From Raillietiella orientalis (taxonomy: Eukaryota), in the NCBI GenBank assembly GCA_036172245.1, contig JAYWIR010000002.1:1922001-1986000 (forward strand): 64,000 nt of DNA, written 5' to 3'. Of this stretch, positions 31,601 to 45,200 are shown one piece after another (position 1 is the first letter of the stretch; each line of letters opens with the position of its first letter). A model generated the notes under the pieces. It saw nothing but the letters and a program-made list of their open reading frames with translations. It made no database searches and had not been told where the DNA came from. The position numbers were made by a program, and so were the translations under genes.

Positions 31601-34600
31601 TCGTTCACGGCAACTCTCGCGCTCTCTCGTGGCCGAAGCGGCGAAGATGCGCGTCCTGAGGGGGCACGACACGTCGTTTTGCTTCCATTGCGAGTCGCGA
31701 GCGGCGTGACGTAGGCGATCCCTATCTCGCGATGGCGACGATGTCGGCGGTGCGTGCGCGGAGGAGGTCCACCTCCTCTCAGCGATGCCACGCGGTGGGA
31801 AGCGGTGAGAAAATGACGGCAGAAGCGGAGCGCCGGGACGAGCGGACTGCCGGCGCTCCTCTTGCCCGTCGTCAAGGAGAGAGCGCGCATCCTTTCGGGA
31901 GCTTCCGGCAAAGGGAGAGCCTCGCCGAGGGCACGAGCATTGTCGTTCCTCCACGGTCCTGCCTCCAGCCTTGAGGCTTCCGAACTTCCTGTTCCTCTCG
32001 GAGGTGGTCTCCAGGATGCTGTCCCCCCACCCCACCCCTCTCCCCCCGACCAGGAACTTCTTGCTTTTCGGACTCTTTCCCCCCCCCCCCCGCCTCGTTT
32101 CGCATCTCGTAGGTGCGGCCCAGCATCGCACGGATGCCAATGGATCCACGGAATGTGTTTGAACAGTTGCGACGCAGCGAGTGTTGCGCAGGTTTCCGTG
32201 AGGGGGGGGACTCAAAGGGTAAATCGGTTTCGCCGCTTCCTCTCCCCTTTCTCCTCAAGGTAGACAATGTTTCAAAATTGCATGCCCAGAGCGAATGAAC
32301 TTTCATTCGAGATGCTTGAAAGCTTGCTGTATGCCTTCGATTTTTTTTTTTTTTTTTTCCCCTTCCCTCCGAAGGAGCGCAGCTCCAGCCCTTAACGACC
32401 TAAATAGGCCACGAAGCTTTTGGTTTGCAAGTGGAGGAGGAGGAAAAGACGGTTTGCAGATGTCTCTCCTCCGCTTTGCTTGTCGAAGGGGGGGAGGGAG
32501 GACGCTGAGCAGCGCATCCGACCGAACCGTTCGCCGTCCCTTGGACTTTGTGGTGCAGTGGCAGAGAACGGAGGAGACAAAGGGTGAATGCAAACACAGT
32601 TGACAAGCAAAATCCGCTGCTGAACCTCAATAAATATAACAAACTGCCTGCTAATATTAGCCGCGAAAGTCACTTTTAAAAGTCGGGCGCTACTTTTTTG
32701 GTTTTCCCCTGCAAGTGCGTGCTTTCGCGTTCCGTGCTATCTGCGATCTCGAGACGCAAAAGGCGCAAAAAATGGGGAAGGAGCACACCGTTGGACTTTC
32801 AGGCTGATTACCGAGCTGCTTGCTGGCAGCGAAAGAGAGGAGGGGGGTTGGAGAGAGAGAGAGAGAGAGAGAGAATCCGTCCTTCCCCAAAACCCCGCAA
32901 AGTCTGTATCTTTCATTCTGCATTCTGCCGGAACGTAATATTCGATCCATCAGGTGGACTGTGTGCATTCCTCAAAGCGAGGGAAAGCGTCTTGTCTCAC
33001 AGCAGCACAAACCGTAGGATCTGTTCCTGTCACGGAAGCTGCAGTGATCGGAGATGGCTGTTGGCTGTTTTCAGGAGGGTGCGTTGGTGATACGTTGCTG
33101 CTGTTTCCGTGCATTACCTCAACCGAACTCGGTCTCTCTCCTCCTCCTCCTTCTTCTTCCCGTTTCATTTGAACCATACGTTTTGGTAGTGTTCCACGTT
33201 GCGATAATGCTACACGCGGTCGTAGTGTATCCGAATGCTCCGCGGGAGAATATTCCGAAACGATGACGACGATGATGGGGGAGCAGAAGAATGGCTTTTC
33301 CGTACACTCCTCACAGCACGAAGCGAAGCACGGAAGGTCGGCGTGCACGTGAGCACCCAAACGTTCGAGAGATTTCGGTCAGTTCCGTCTGAGCGAAAGC
33401 GAAAGGGAACCGGGAGCTCCGCACACGGGACTGGCCGGAAGATCGAAGGAAAGCAAGCACACGGCAGGAAAGTCATCCGAAATTCGTCATTCGTCACAGA
33501 GGAACGCTGCATCCAACACGAAGGACCGTCGCCAACTAGAGCAGCAGACGATGTTCGCGAAGGCGAAACCCTCTGCCCACGTCTGCAAGAGCGTCTACAA
33601 GACCGTCCCGAGAAGACGTTTTCGGGAATCAGGAAAGCTGGAGGGAGAGGAAATCCGCCGCCGAGAACGAGTTTCCCGAAGAGGAGACCCGTGGATGCCT
33701 CCCGGAGCCGTCAGGATGACCGAGGATCAGGCACGAGCTTCCGCGGTCTGCGCGGAGCGCGAGGATGGTGGCCCTTCTTCAAGGGAGGCCCCGACCCTTG
33801 ACCTGAGACAGAGGACCGGAGTCTGTTCGGAAAGGAGAAACAGCCGCAGAATCTTTGGCTACCTGCGTTCGCTGTTTCTCCACCTTTTGCAAAAAAACAA
33901 AAAAAAGCAAAGCGACCAGAGAAGAAAGGCAACAACAACAAGCAGGAGGAGGAGGGGAAGGAGAAAAACAAGGAAGAAAGAAACAAAAAGGGAGGCAAAG
34001 GGGGGGGGGGGAAGGAGGAACGGAGGAGGGAGAAATGGATGCTTACGCTATCGGGTTGCCTCTGTTTATTTTCGGTAGGCTCACAACTGTTGACTTTCTA
34101 ACGGATGGCCCGGAAGGATGAGAGCCACGGACCTAACAAGTGGGATGTGTGTGGTTCCCTGCCGAGACAAAACACGCTCGATGGAGGGATGGGAGGAAGA
34201 GGTGGATGTGGGAGGAAGGAAAGAGGGGAGGAGGGCCGCGCGTGAAAAGCCGCTGCCTGGCGGCGCGGACGGATCGAAGGAAGGAAAGCTCGAAAATGCA
34301 ATTTCGGTTCGTTTTTCCCCCCTCCCCCCTTTCCCTTTTCTCGCGCGCTTTTGCAGCCTGGGCACAGGAGTAAGACTGCACGGGGACCGCAACGAGGCCC
34401 GTAGTCAGCGAGACAGGAGATGAATTTGCATCAGTCTGATCTTCCTCTTCTGAAAACACAGTACCGCCGGGAAGAGGGAGTGGCAAAGAGAGAGGGAGAG
34501 GCACAAGCGACGTTATCGGGAAGAGTTTCGCGGCGGCTGATGCCTCAGTCCGGAGGCGTCTCGATCTCAGGAGAGGAGGATCCCGGCAACCACTCCACAC

Positions 34601-37600
34601 GTGGCTTTGGTCACGTCGAATGGGACGCCGCCTGCCGGGATCGATGACCGGGAAACGGAGGAAAAGGGGGAGAGAGGAAAATGAGGAGGAGGAGAGAGAA
34701 AATTGGAAGAGGGAGGGACAACGCCGGAACTCACGACGAGCAGCATCCGGGGGCAGCTCGGATCCGCGCGCGCACCTGAGGAAGATGCGCCCTCGCCTCC
34801 CTGTATCTCCTATCCCGGCGGCGCGGATCAGCAGCGTGCAGGCGCAGCCGCGAGCGCCTTGCGGGAAGAGGGCGAAGCTCCGACGTCCCGCCGAGGGCGG
34901 TCGTGAGACAGCAGCCGCAGAAAAGGTAGCTGCATACGCCGGCTTGCGGAAAAGAGGCGGCGGCTCGGAAGGCGGAAACGGAAGAGAAGCAAACGGCAAA
35001 CATGGCGACGAGTGAAAGCGGGCAGGCATAGGGAAGGAGAGGGGGGAGGAGGAAGGGAGGGGGTTGTGGAACTGCATCCGCGCACACGTCGGTTTTCTTT
35101 GATCGTGAAGGCCAGGCACAGCGGGCGCCACAAGAGCGGATACAGGGAGAGGCAGCTGCAACAGCGAGAGACACAGCCCCCTCGGTGATTCCTGCAGTGC
35201 CCGAAGGTACTACTGTCTCTGTTCCTCAACCAGTTCTCTTTCCCCCCTTCTCACCCCTACTCCCTCCTCCTCCGGTGCCCACAATTCTCGCTGTCAAGGA
35301 GAAACCCTCGTCTGCAGGGAGGGGGGCAACTTCCCGAAGGGAGGGGAGGAAGAATCAGGCTGACTCGCACCTGTGGAGACGCCTCCCAGCGGAAGGAACC
35401 CTGCGAGCAAAAGAGGAAGACGGCGCGCGCGCTGCACGATCCTGCTGGCACGGCTGGGTCGGCGGCGTCTTGCTTTCGAGGACCAGTAGGACATCGAGTC
35501 AGCCCTCTGCTGACTCGAAAGAGGGCGCGCTTAACGAGGAGGCAGAGGGGCGCAAGCACGCGCGCACTCCTCGGAACCCCGGCAGAAGCTTAGGGTGCCC
35601 GGATCGTTCCTGCAGCCACACTGCCATGGATGCGAGGTGGTGACCGAAATCCGAAGCTTTCAGCGTGGTGTCGCCGCCGACAGTGTCCTTCCATATTCCT
35701 CTCAACTTCCCTCTCTCCTTTCCTGTTCCCAATGACGCAGCCTATTATTGATTTACGTCGGAGGAACGTGCGGCGGGCGGAGTGATGCAACTTTTTTTGC
35801 TCTGTTTGAAGAGGGGACTTGATCGAATTCTTTGTCACTCGTTCCTGGAATTGCCCCCGAAATCTCGACATTTCCGTGTTTCCCGTTGCGGTTTAGTCCG
35901 CCTTCCTTTCGGACTGTCGGGATCTCCCGAAACGCAATTGCGTCGGTGTTGCCCGGGAAACCAGAGTCAGCGCGTCCAAGTCAGCAAACGGAATTTTCCC
36001 TCATCCTCTTCCTCCGTGTGAGATGTTCGATCTGCTTATTGTCTCAGTTGCTGGTTTCCTGCAAGCTCCAGATCGGGAACGAAAACCCTCCACGAAGATA
36101 ATTAAATGAAACTTCCTTACCTTGAGGCACAAGAATGTTTACAAAGTATTGCAAATTGCCCTCGCCACTTTGCTCTTGTTGCCAGCAGTTCGCCATCTTC
36201 ATAAAAATTCATAATCGAATTATTATTCATGACGGGAAAACGTGCAAATACGAGGTGCTTCCGCACGTGCGGATGCAGATGCAAAATAAATACGGATCGT
36301 TATGACATTCTGACTGAATCCCCTTGGATCAAACTTGTTCCACTCTTCCTCCTCCCGACGATCAAGGCTCGAAGGAAAAGGTCATTCTTTCAGCTTATCG
36401 CCATGTTGATGGTCTTCTGGCACATGAACGGTTGGATGGCCTTATGCACGTGAAAGAACAGCTATATACATATATGGCTATACACACACACACACACATG
36501 TATAGATTCTTTCATGTGCAACATTTTTTTTTCCCACGAAAACAGCAGCAGTCTTGTGCTCACAGGAGGACGCTTACCTGCAAAACGGTAGGGAGCATTC
36601 TCATCCCCTGCCGGAGTATGGGAACGGTCTGAAGCGGTCCGATCCTGTCCCCAAGGGGGGAGTCATCCGTACACGCAACAATGCAGGGTGATGACGCGCA
36701 TCCACGAGCAATAATTGGAATGGGGGTCCGGATAGGGCTCTGTCCGAGCCCCCATTTTTCCTTTTCCTCTCTCTCCATCAAACCTCGGAGGAAGGTGCAC
36801 TGACCTCTCTTCACTTCGCGCGTTCCCTCTTCCTTTTTGCCAGGCAGAATTGAGGAACAGGCAAAATGGAGGTAAGCAAAGGGCATGGACCGGCGGCGAT
36901 CGGAAAAGAGGAAATCTTTGAGGACTCGTTCAGCCTCCAAACCCGTCCAGCCTTCTCGCCAGAGCACTGCGGCATCTACGAAATCCACGGGGACCACCAT
37001 TCCCGCTAGGGTCCGAACAAAGAAGGAAAAAATGGGAAGGCAGGATCGAAAAGTGTGGCGAATTCGATTTCTAGCATGGAACCGAAGGATTCAGCCGGCT
37101 CCCAGGGTATCCGCAAGGTAACGATGAAAATTTGAGATTTTTCCTCGAAAACGAGCGAGGCAGCCCAAGCCGTAAGCACCTCGTGACCCCGACCTGAAAA
37201 TGCAGCCATCACTTTGCATTAGTAATCAGCACGCAGAAGCACACTTCTTTTTCACTTATGTGCCATGGAGCAACAGGTAGGTGCCTTTCAGGCTTGGGAT
37301 AAAGATATACTCTGATCAAAAGGTCGTCTGCTTCCTCGAGTTATTTGGGGACTCGCGGGGAAGCCAATAATATTATCACTGTAACTCCATCGCGAATCAA
37401 AACAAATGAAAAGCAATGGAAGCTTCTATGGAGGTATGTTCTGTATTTCCAGTGAAAGATCTATTTCGTTTCTTCACACACGAGCTGCATGGTAAACTGC
37501 CTTTTCTTCTTCCTCCCCCTCCCCTTCTTCTTCTGAAGCAAACAAAAATCGACCCATCTCGAAGCGGGAATCCAGATCTGCACTTCAAATATTCATGAGG

Positions 37601-40418
37601 CGATTTCGTACATTCCCTGGCCCACTCTCTACGAGACGAATCGTCCATTAGATTTCACGCAAAAAGATTAGAAAGGCCAATGCGGAGATTCGCGAAAGCG
37701 AACGGTGGGGAACGCCCGTTCAAGTCGAGGAATTTCCAACAGGGGGCACCGGAACGGCCGAGCAGACCAGGGCGTGGCCCCATTCACCGCATCTTCCCCG
37801 CATTCGAATCGAACCCCCTCTTCGGGGGAAAAGGGGAGGAGGGGAAGCCCTGTCGAAGCTGCACCTCCGAAGTGTTCCTGGGGTCCAGCACGGAGGGTTT
37901 TCCCAACACTCCCGCGACCTTCTGCCCTCTCGTTCGCTGCCCTCCGCAGCTCCCCTTCCCGCCTCTGTTCGCGCCGCCTCGCACCGCCGCCCCCCTCCCC
38001 CCTCGCCGTGCCTCGGTTCCCAAGTTCTCGGGGCACCGTCCGTCGGGCAGCATCTGGACGTGCGTGCCAGTGGGCTCAAGCGGGTTAGATGCGTATTTAT
38101 TCATTTATTTATATCGGCATACGTACGCAGTCTGCGCGTGAGCACGTGAACCAGGCGTGCCGCATGCTCCCCGCACGAACGCGTCACGGTGCAACGCAGG
38201 CACGCGCGCGGATAGGAGCAAGCAAAACACTGGCGCGCGCACGGTGCGTGTTGCGCGCGCGCGGTTCGCACGCGTTCCTGCATTTGCGGCACGCGCGCGC
38301 GCGCACGAAGAAAGGGAGCGAAGTGACGCCAGCGTCCGTATTCAGGTCTTGCACGGATGCTCGGGAGCGCGAGTGAGTGTACACTCCTTTGCGCGCACCT
38401 CGCGGTTCACGTGTGGACGCGAGCTACCTGCGCGCGTACGCCTGCAGTGACGCTGCGTACGTCAAGCGCGCAGCCTTTCCCGTGCGTCTTGCTCTCCTTG
38501 GAGTTGCGCCATTGCCTCCTTGGCCTCAGCCAGGGACGCATCCCCTTTTTGCAGATACGGCCGCGACCGGTGGCAGGCGCTCGAGAGCTTGCCCCCCCCC
38601 TTTCCGAGGTCGCCTCCCTCGCCTCTTTGTTTTTTTTCTTCCCCACGGACCTCCCTCCCCCCCCTCCGCCGCCACCTCAGCACAGCTAACGCGCCGGTCC
38701 TCCGTGGAAGTGAAGGGGTCTTCCTGGAGACCCACGGGGTCTATCCGGGCTCGCGTCCAAAGAGTAGGAGTAAGAGGATGCTGGAGGAAAGGAGGTGGGA
38801 CGTGGGCGTGGGTTTGCAGTGTTTGGCACGCAGCCGCGGGCACCTAGGAGAAGCTCGGAAACTGGAGCGACGCTCCAGATGGGTTTCTTCGGCGACGGCC
38901 GCTCGCTTCGCGGGCGCCACGGAGACGTGCAGCAGCCTCTCCTGCGGAAGCGCGTGGAGAGAACTGCGAGAGAGGGGAGGGGGGAGAGAGCAGGTCTGCA
39001 CCGGAACCGAGCCCGGCGCTCTCCGGGATCGGGGAGATTCCCTCGGGAGGGTCTCATCTGAGGAGTAAGGAAGGGGCGGCGCTCCTGGCTCGGCTGAGAA
39101 GCGGGATGGTCCTCCTGGTCCTTTCCCGGGGGAGGGAGGTGAGTCGACTCGATTTCCTCGAACTGCAATGCACGCACGGGAAGAAGTCGAGAGAACCAGG
39201 ATGCCACCGCCGGGACTGGGGGTGGAGGCGAGTCCCGGAACCGGGGGACCGACACTGCCATACCAGTAGGTCACAGCGACGGCGTCCTGCAGCCCCACAA
39301 GTGCCCGGCACAAATCCTTCTCCCGGGGAAGACCTCGGGAGAAGTGGGTGGGTACAGCACGCGCCGGTCTTCGGGAGGAGCTTCCCTTCGCGACTGCTCC
39401 CGGCAGCCCCCTTCCCCCTTCCCCAAAAAGAAAGAAGAGAAAAAAGACGCAGAAGCGGCGGGAATGAGCGCGAGGCACTTCCAAGGCCGGCGGCGCCAAG
39501 CAACGCCTCGTCCCGTCACCACCGCCCTCGTCCTCGGCCTCGCGGCGGTTTCTCCTGCGACCTCGGGAGAGAACGCGCGCCGGTGGATTTCGAGACTTCG
39601 CGTACCGCGGTGCTCGCGGAGAGGTCGAGGGGGGGGGGGGGTGTAAAAGTGGAGAGGGAAAAAAGTACCGGGAACATTTCCATTTGGGGAGGGGGCAAAA
39701 GAGAGAAGCGAAGCTTCGCAAACGGCGGCGCCTGGCTGCGGTGGGAGGAACGCGTGTGAGCGGAAGAGGAATGCTGCCTGCCGCCTCCCGGATCGAGAAA
39801 GCCGTCAGGGTCCCCGGCGACGAAGGAGGAGGGAATCGTGGGGGAGGAAAACGCCTCGCGCCGGAGCGGGAAGCTGATCGCGGAGGTAGCCGTTCCCACT
39901 GTCGGGGTCGGGGGGACGGGGGAACACTGCTCCCTCGGGAAGCAGCGGTGACCATGGTAGCGAAACTGCGTGAGGCATGGAGACGCTCCGTCGGCACCGA
40001 ACCCACCTCCCTTAGAAATACCCGGACAAGTCCGTGGGTGTTCCCGATTTTGCGTACGAAAAAAAGGCAGCCTTTGCAAATTGAAGTCACGGCCACGGGA
40101 AAAAGCAGGAAGGGAAGGTGAACGGGGATGATGAACAATCGCCATACTCAAATGAGGTTTCCAGTCGAGATGCGGCACTGCAAGCCGAGCGCGTCTGCTT
40201 ATAAATTATGTCTCTTCCCCCCCCCCCTCCTCAATTTCCCATAAGTCTCGATTTTCGAAGTTCTTCTTCTTCCTCTTCTTCTTCTTCTTGCCCTCCCCTC
40301 TTCGTGTTCCGTTTTCGCTAAAGTGGGCCTGAACAATGGGTAGGGCTCGATTGTTCGCTCGTTCGAAACAAAAAACACACGTGTTCTACACTGAGAGCGT
40401 AGGGGGGGGGAGCAGAGA

Positions 40419-40457
<39 letters not shown>
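40419..40457. repeat. (GGC)13 microsatellite
   Basis: Direct reading. Confidence 0.9.
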
Positions 40458-40460
<3 letters not shown>

Positions 40461-41499
40461 GTGGTGTAACGGAAGCACCGCGTGGAGAGCTGCATGGAGT
40501 GGATGATCGGTAGCAACCGATTTACGATGGCCACTCCTCGGCGTGTCGCCCATCCGGCTGTTCTGCTTTTCCTTTTCTCTCCCTCCCTCCCTCCCTCTCC
40601 CTTTTAATCCTCTTGCAATGCATGAGGAGGCAGTGAATGGTTTTTCCAACTTTCAACTCATTCCCGGACCGCACGTACACGGCAGGAGACACCGAACCTC
40701 GGCCTGTCAGCTCAATGGGGAAAGGCAGGTAGGCCAGGCCGCGGTGTTCCCTTAATTTCGAGTACTCCGTCCCAGCCTCCCTGCGCGCCATTCGAAAGAT
40801 GCCTTTCCGATGCCGGACCTTGCAGCTGCCATCTGGGGAGCGCGTCGCAGCAAGCCGAAGCATACGGAAAAGTGGTCACGAGCGAGCAGCGGCTTCTCGA
40901 AGCTCCCCACTCGGGAACGCGTCGTTGGTGGGTGCTCTCCGACGTGGGCTCGCTTTCTCGGGTCGGTTTCAAATTTCCATCGTGACTGAACTGACGGAAG
41001 CTGATTTTTGACATCGTTGACAACTGGACCTTGGAGACAGTGGTGGCGGTTGCTTCATGCGTGTCTTTCACGATGGGTAGAAAGGGAGAATTTAAGCTCG
41101 GTTTAAGGGAGAAAGTGGGGGAGGATTAGCTAGACTCACGGCAATTTAAAGGTGTGCTAACTCTAGGGGCGGTTGACTGGAGCAGGAAGAGCAGCGACTG
41201 CCAGCGAGTCCCAACCGTTCAACCGGATGCTCCTCGGAAGGACGTGCAGTTTCCGTGAAGCTTTGAGGAATGCTGGGGTGCCCGAGCAAGTGCCCGGTGA
41301 CGTCAGTGCAGACAGTGTGCGAAGTGCCCAAGACATAATCATTCCTCATATGTACATTCTGTTCCTTCTTCATATGTACGCCGCAGGAGTTCGTATTTCG
41401 ATACCTGTTACTCGTTTCCCGAGTGACAAATCGTTGACAACTGTCCCAGCAGCCCCACGGAAGCTTTCTGTCGCGTGCTGAAATTCCTCTCCAGTAAGG

Positions 41500-42200
41500 G
41501 GGAGTGCTGGAGGAGCGCGCTCCAAGGAAAGACGCGCGCATCGTGAAGTTTTTCGACAGGAGCTTTGCGATTTCATCGTAATTTGATTTTTCTTCTTCTC
41601 TCTCTCTCCTTTGTTTTCCTACTGTTTCCGCAATCATTTGACATTCTGTGTGCTTCGCCTCCATCCAGGTCTTTCCCCCTGCGACGGCCATTGCATCTTG
41701 CAGAGAAGACAAAGGGGAAAGCTCTACGTCTCTCTTTTGTTCACCCGAGAGTTGCTCAACGGTGTTGCACAGCAGCGTGGCGCCTTGCAGCATCCTTTTC
41801 CGCGGAAAGCATCTTCTGCTCTCGACTGATTCTGCTCTGTTCCAAACCCTGGGGATCGAAACGCTCTGACGTACACATCACCAGGTGTCTTCCGGCCCCA
41901 GTGTTCGGGTTTCTGTGACAAATTTCTATCTAGCTTTTGTTCCAGCCCAGCCTCCAGCAACCCGAGCACAAGGCGCCATTCCATCTCGGCAGCAACGTGT
42001 AAGAGCAACCGTCCCCTTCACAAGCGGTACATTCAGCAAGTTGACTCCGGCGCTGGACTTTCATCCTAGCGTCTCCCGATTTTCCTTCGGGATCCGGCGT
42101 TCCTTCGCTAGGCACTCCAATTCAGCTTCTTGGATGTCTTCTTTAGCTTGGAGACTACTCGATACGAGAGCATCCGCGTTCCGAGGGAATTTTCGCCTCA
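41500..42200 (-). pseudogene. Possible decayed ankyrin-repeat protein sequence
   Basis: LLNVPLVKGT / LLHVAAEMEWRLVLGLLEAG (one frameshift near 42008) resembles the ankyrin consensus; NYDEIAKLL lies downstream. There are stops and frameshifts, and composition is more balanced than the flanks. Confidence 0.3.
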
Positions 42201-45200
42201 GTCACGGAGTCCTGAACGAGCGACAAGGAGGCATCGCTACTCCCACGTAGATTAGATGCGGAAATTCCCTATTTTGAGATTTTCCATGACGGAAGTCAAC
42301 CCGCCCGACTCTCTCAAAGAGTGGAAGTGTATCGCAGTTCACTAACCTTCTGCGCCAGCGAGCCATAAGTGCTTTTGGGTGCTTGCAGTACTTGTGCACT
42401 CTGTGGTGCACTACTTGCCCGAGGCTTGCAGTTGGGTGGGGGCCCCCGTATAAGGCAGGAATTACGTTCCTCGTTGCACGAGCCCCACGAAGTGAGAATA
42501 CATGGATTATGAGCTTGAAATGTTATAGCAGTAGCATTTGTTATCTCGTTCTAAATCAAAAAGGTGCCAAGTATTTCGTATCCAACTTGAAAGTGTAAAA
42601 AGAAGGGGTTTTCAAAGAGTTGTAGACAAAATGGAACAATCTATCGTTTCAGTCCTATCGTTCCCGTTGTCGCAAAACGTCTCCCAAGCTGATTTATTAG
42701 GGAAAATTCAAGATGGCAAGCGTGCTTCTGCTTGAATGGCGTGTTCGTCTTCTTTTCGAAAGAAAAATGAAAAAAAAAAAAAGAAAAAAAAGAGCTGATG
42801 AACTGGAGCCACACCGCAAAATTAAAATTTATGCCCGCAGCCCGCTTATCGCACGAGGCCGGTTGGCCGCCGTCTGACGCGAGGGAGGCCGCCATCTTTA
42901 CGCTTCACGACCGCGTTATACGAACCGCCGCGCGCTATACAAGGGATCTGTGTCGTGCCGGCGTTCGAGGTCTGCCCGGGGGGACGAAGGGAGGAGGGGG
43001 CTCTCGTCAGGACGCTTCGCATCCTGCAGCTTTGAACGTGCGCGGTGCAGGTCGGCGCTTTCTGTCGACTCCGTCTGGGGCAATTTTCCCGAGATCAAGG
43101 AAGCGTCCTCCGCCCTCCGGAGGATCCCAGCAGCTCAATGATGGTGCTTCTTGCTCGATTCCCTGTCTCTCCTCTCTCATGAATTTGTCTTCCCGAGCCC
43201 CCGCCTGTGCCATCTCTTCTCCGAGATGACTTACGACCTACGGCTCCAAGATACATCCTGCACGGCGTCAGTTGCATCTTCCTCAGCCGCTTTCCATATT
43301 CTGACCATTCACGAGCGCCCGTCTCCAGGGAGACGCCTGTCCCCTCTCTCCAATGCATTCGTTTAAGGTTCTAAGTTTATGGGATGCTCGTTGCTAGGGA
43401 AGCGCATTACTTGGACGCTACCCCCGCCTTCCCGCTGCTCTCCCACACACCGACGATGCATGCCGTAAACTCCTCCTCCTGGGTCCATATAGAAGGGAAC
43501 TCTCGAAACTTCCCGTCGGGGACCCGAAACCATCCCTCGTTGCACCCCCACAACCTATGCATCCAGGGTCGCCTTCCTTCTCCGGGAGCGGCGATCCATG
43601 GGAGCTCTCGGGAGGCACCGGTCCTGGGGATGGTCACTGAGAATGGGGGGAGGGGGCGCGGCGGAAGAGTCCGGAGCAGGAGCGAAGATGCCCGGCGGCG
43701 GTGGGACGCGCGCGCGTTGGTCAGAGAGGGAACGCGGCTCTTCTTGCAGCCAGCCGACCCCCTCTCCTTCCCGTCCTGCGAGGCTTCTCGTCTGCGCAGA
43801 GGAGTGCGCTCCCTTGCGATCCCTGCGACTCCCGGGGGTTCATCTCCCGGTTCCTCGGCAGAGTAAAACGGGTCTGGGGTACCCGAGCGCACACACATCG
43901 GCGGGAAGAGCGGGCTGGGTGGAGCCAGCACGGACAATCGCTCGCAGATGGGAGGAGGGGGGAAGGGGAAGAGCGCGTGACCGGATGGCTGGATGCAGAG
44001 GGCCGTTCCCCGTTTCGTCTTTCATTTCGCATTCGAGACGGACCCTCCTGTTTCTCGGAACCGTTTCGGCTGCGGTCGATCCCGATCCTGCCATTCCGTG
44101 CGTGCGTCCCGAGAACGGGGAAGGGATCGAGGAAGATGCTTCGCTCCCGAGAGGTCTTCGGGGGAAGCTGCTGTTCCCCTTCGGTGGCGTTTTCCTGCAC
44201 GCCCCCTGGTCTGTCGGTATGGCCTCTGGAACGCCCCCGCGATGCGCGCGTGCCGCCCCGACCACAGGCTTGCCACCGCGGGTGCCCACAGGACCAAGGG
44301 CGCCGCCGTCCCCCTCCGGCCAGTCCTTTCTCGTGTTTCCCGCCTTGCGGGGACGACCGCCCGCCTTCCTTCCATCCTTGGCCGCTGCCGCGCTCCCGCG
44401 TCGCGGTTCCTCTTCCCGGCTCGCCAACGGAAGACTCTCCGCACGCCCACCTCCGCTCCGGGTCCGCGCCTTCCGCTCTCCGAAGCCGTCCCTCTCCTCA
44501 ACAGATGGTTGGGCCGTCCCTCGTTCGTTTGTTCAGCTGCTCCCTTCTCATCTCGGAAAGCTCCGGACGCACTCCATTGTGACGGAAACACAAGGACGAG
44601 CAGAGGGAGAGGAGGAGGAGGAGGAGGCAGAGAGGGAGAAAAGATGCTCGGCCATCAAACTCGACGCCAACTGCTCTCTGGGCGCTTCCTCTCTCTCTCG
44701 TTCCTTGGAGAGAATTCTCCCCCGCCCTTTCTCCTTCCTCTTCCTGGAGAGGTGCATCCTTCCTCGCTGGAAGCAACAGGGACCCGTTCGCTAATCCACA
44801 GTGGCGCAGTGCCGGCATCGGTTCCTTGTTCCGCGGAGGGATGTCTCTGTGTCTGTGCACGGGCCAACGTCCCATGTCTCTTCCTTAGCGCAATCCTCCC
44901 AAGAAGAGATTTCTTCTAACGAGATCAACATCTTAGCGAGCAGGGAGACTCTCCTTGAGCCGAGCGCCCACGGGAGTTTCTGCTTTCCACCATGCGAGGA
45001 GGAGGATGCGACCTCAAATCCGCCGAGCGAATGTTCTTTTCCGCCCTCCCCCTTCCCCTCCCCCCAAAGAAAAAGGCAGAGCAAAAGAACAAAGCAAAAC
45101 AAAAAGAAAGGAAAGAAGGAAGAAAATGGAGGAGTCCCTGCCTCCCAACGGCACGGCAATGACGCACTTCGTTAGCGCACTCCCCACTTCTAATCCTATC

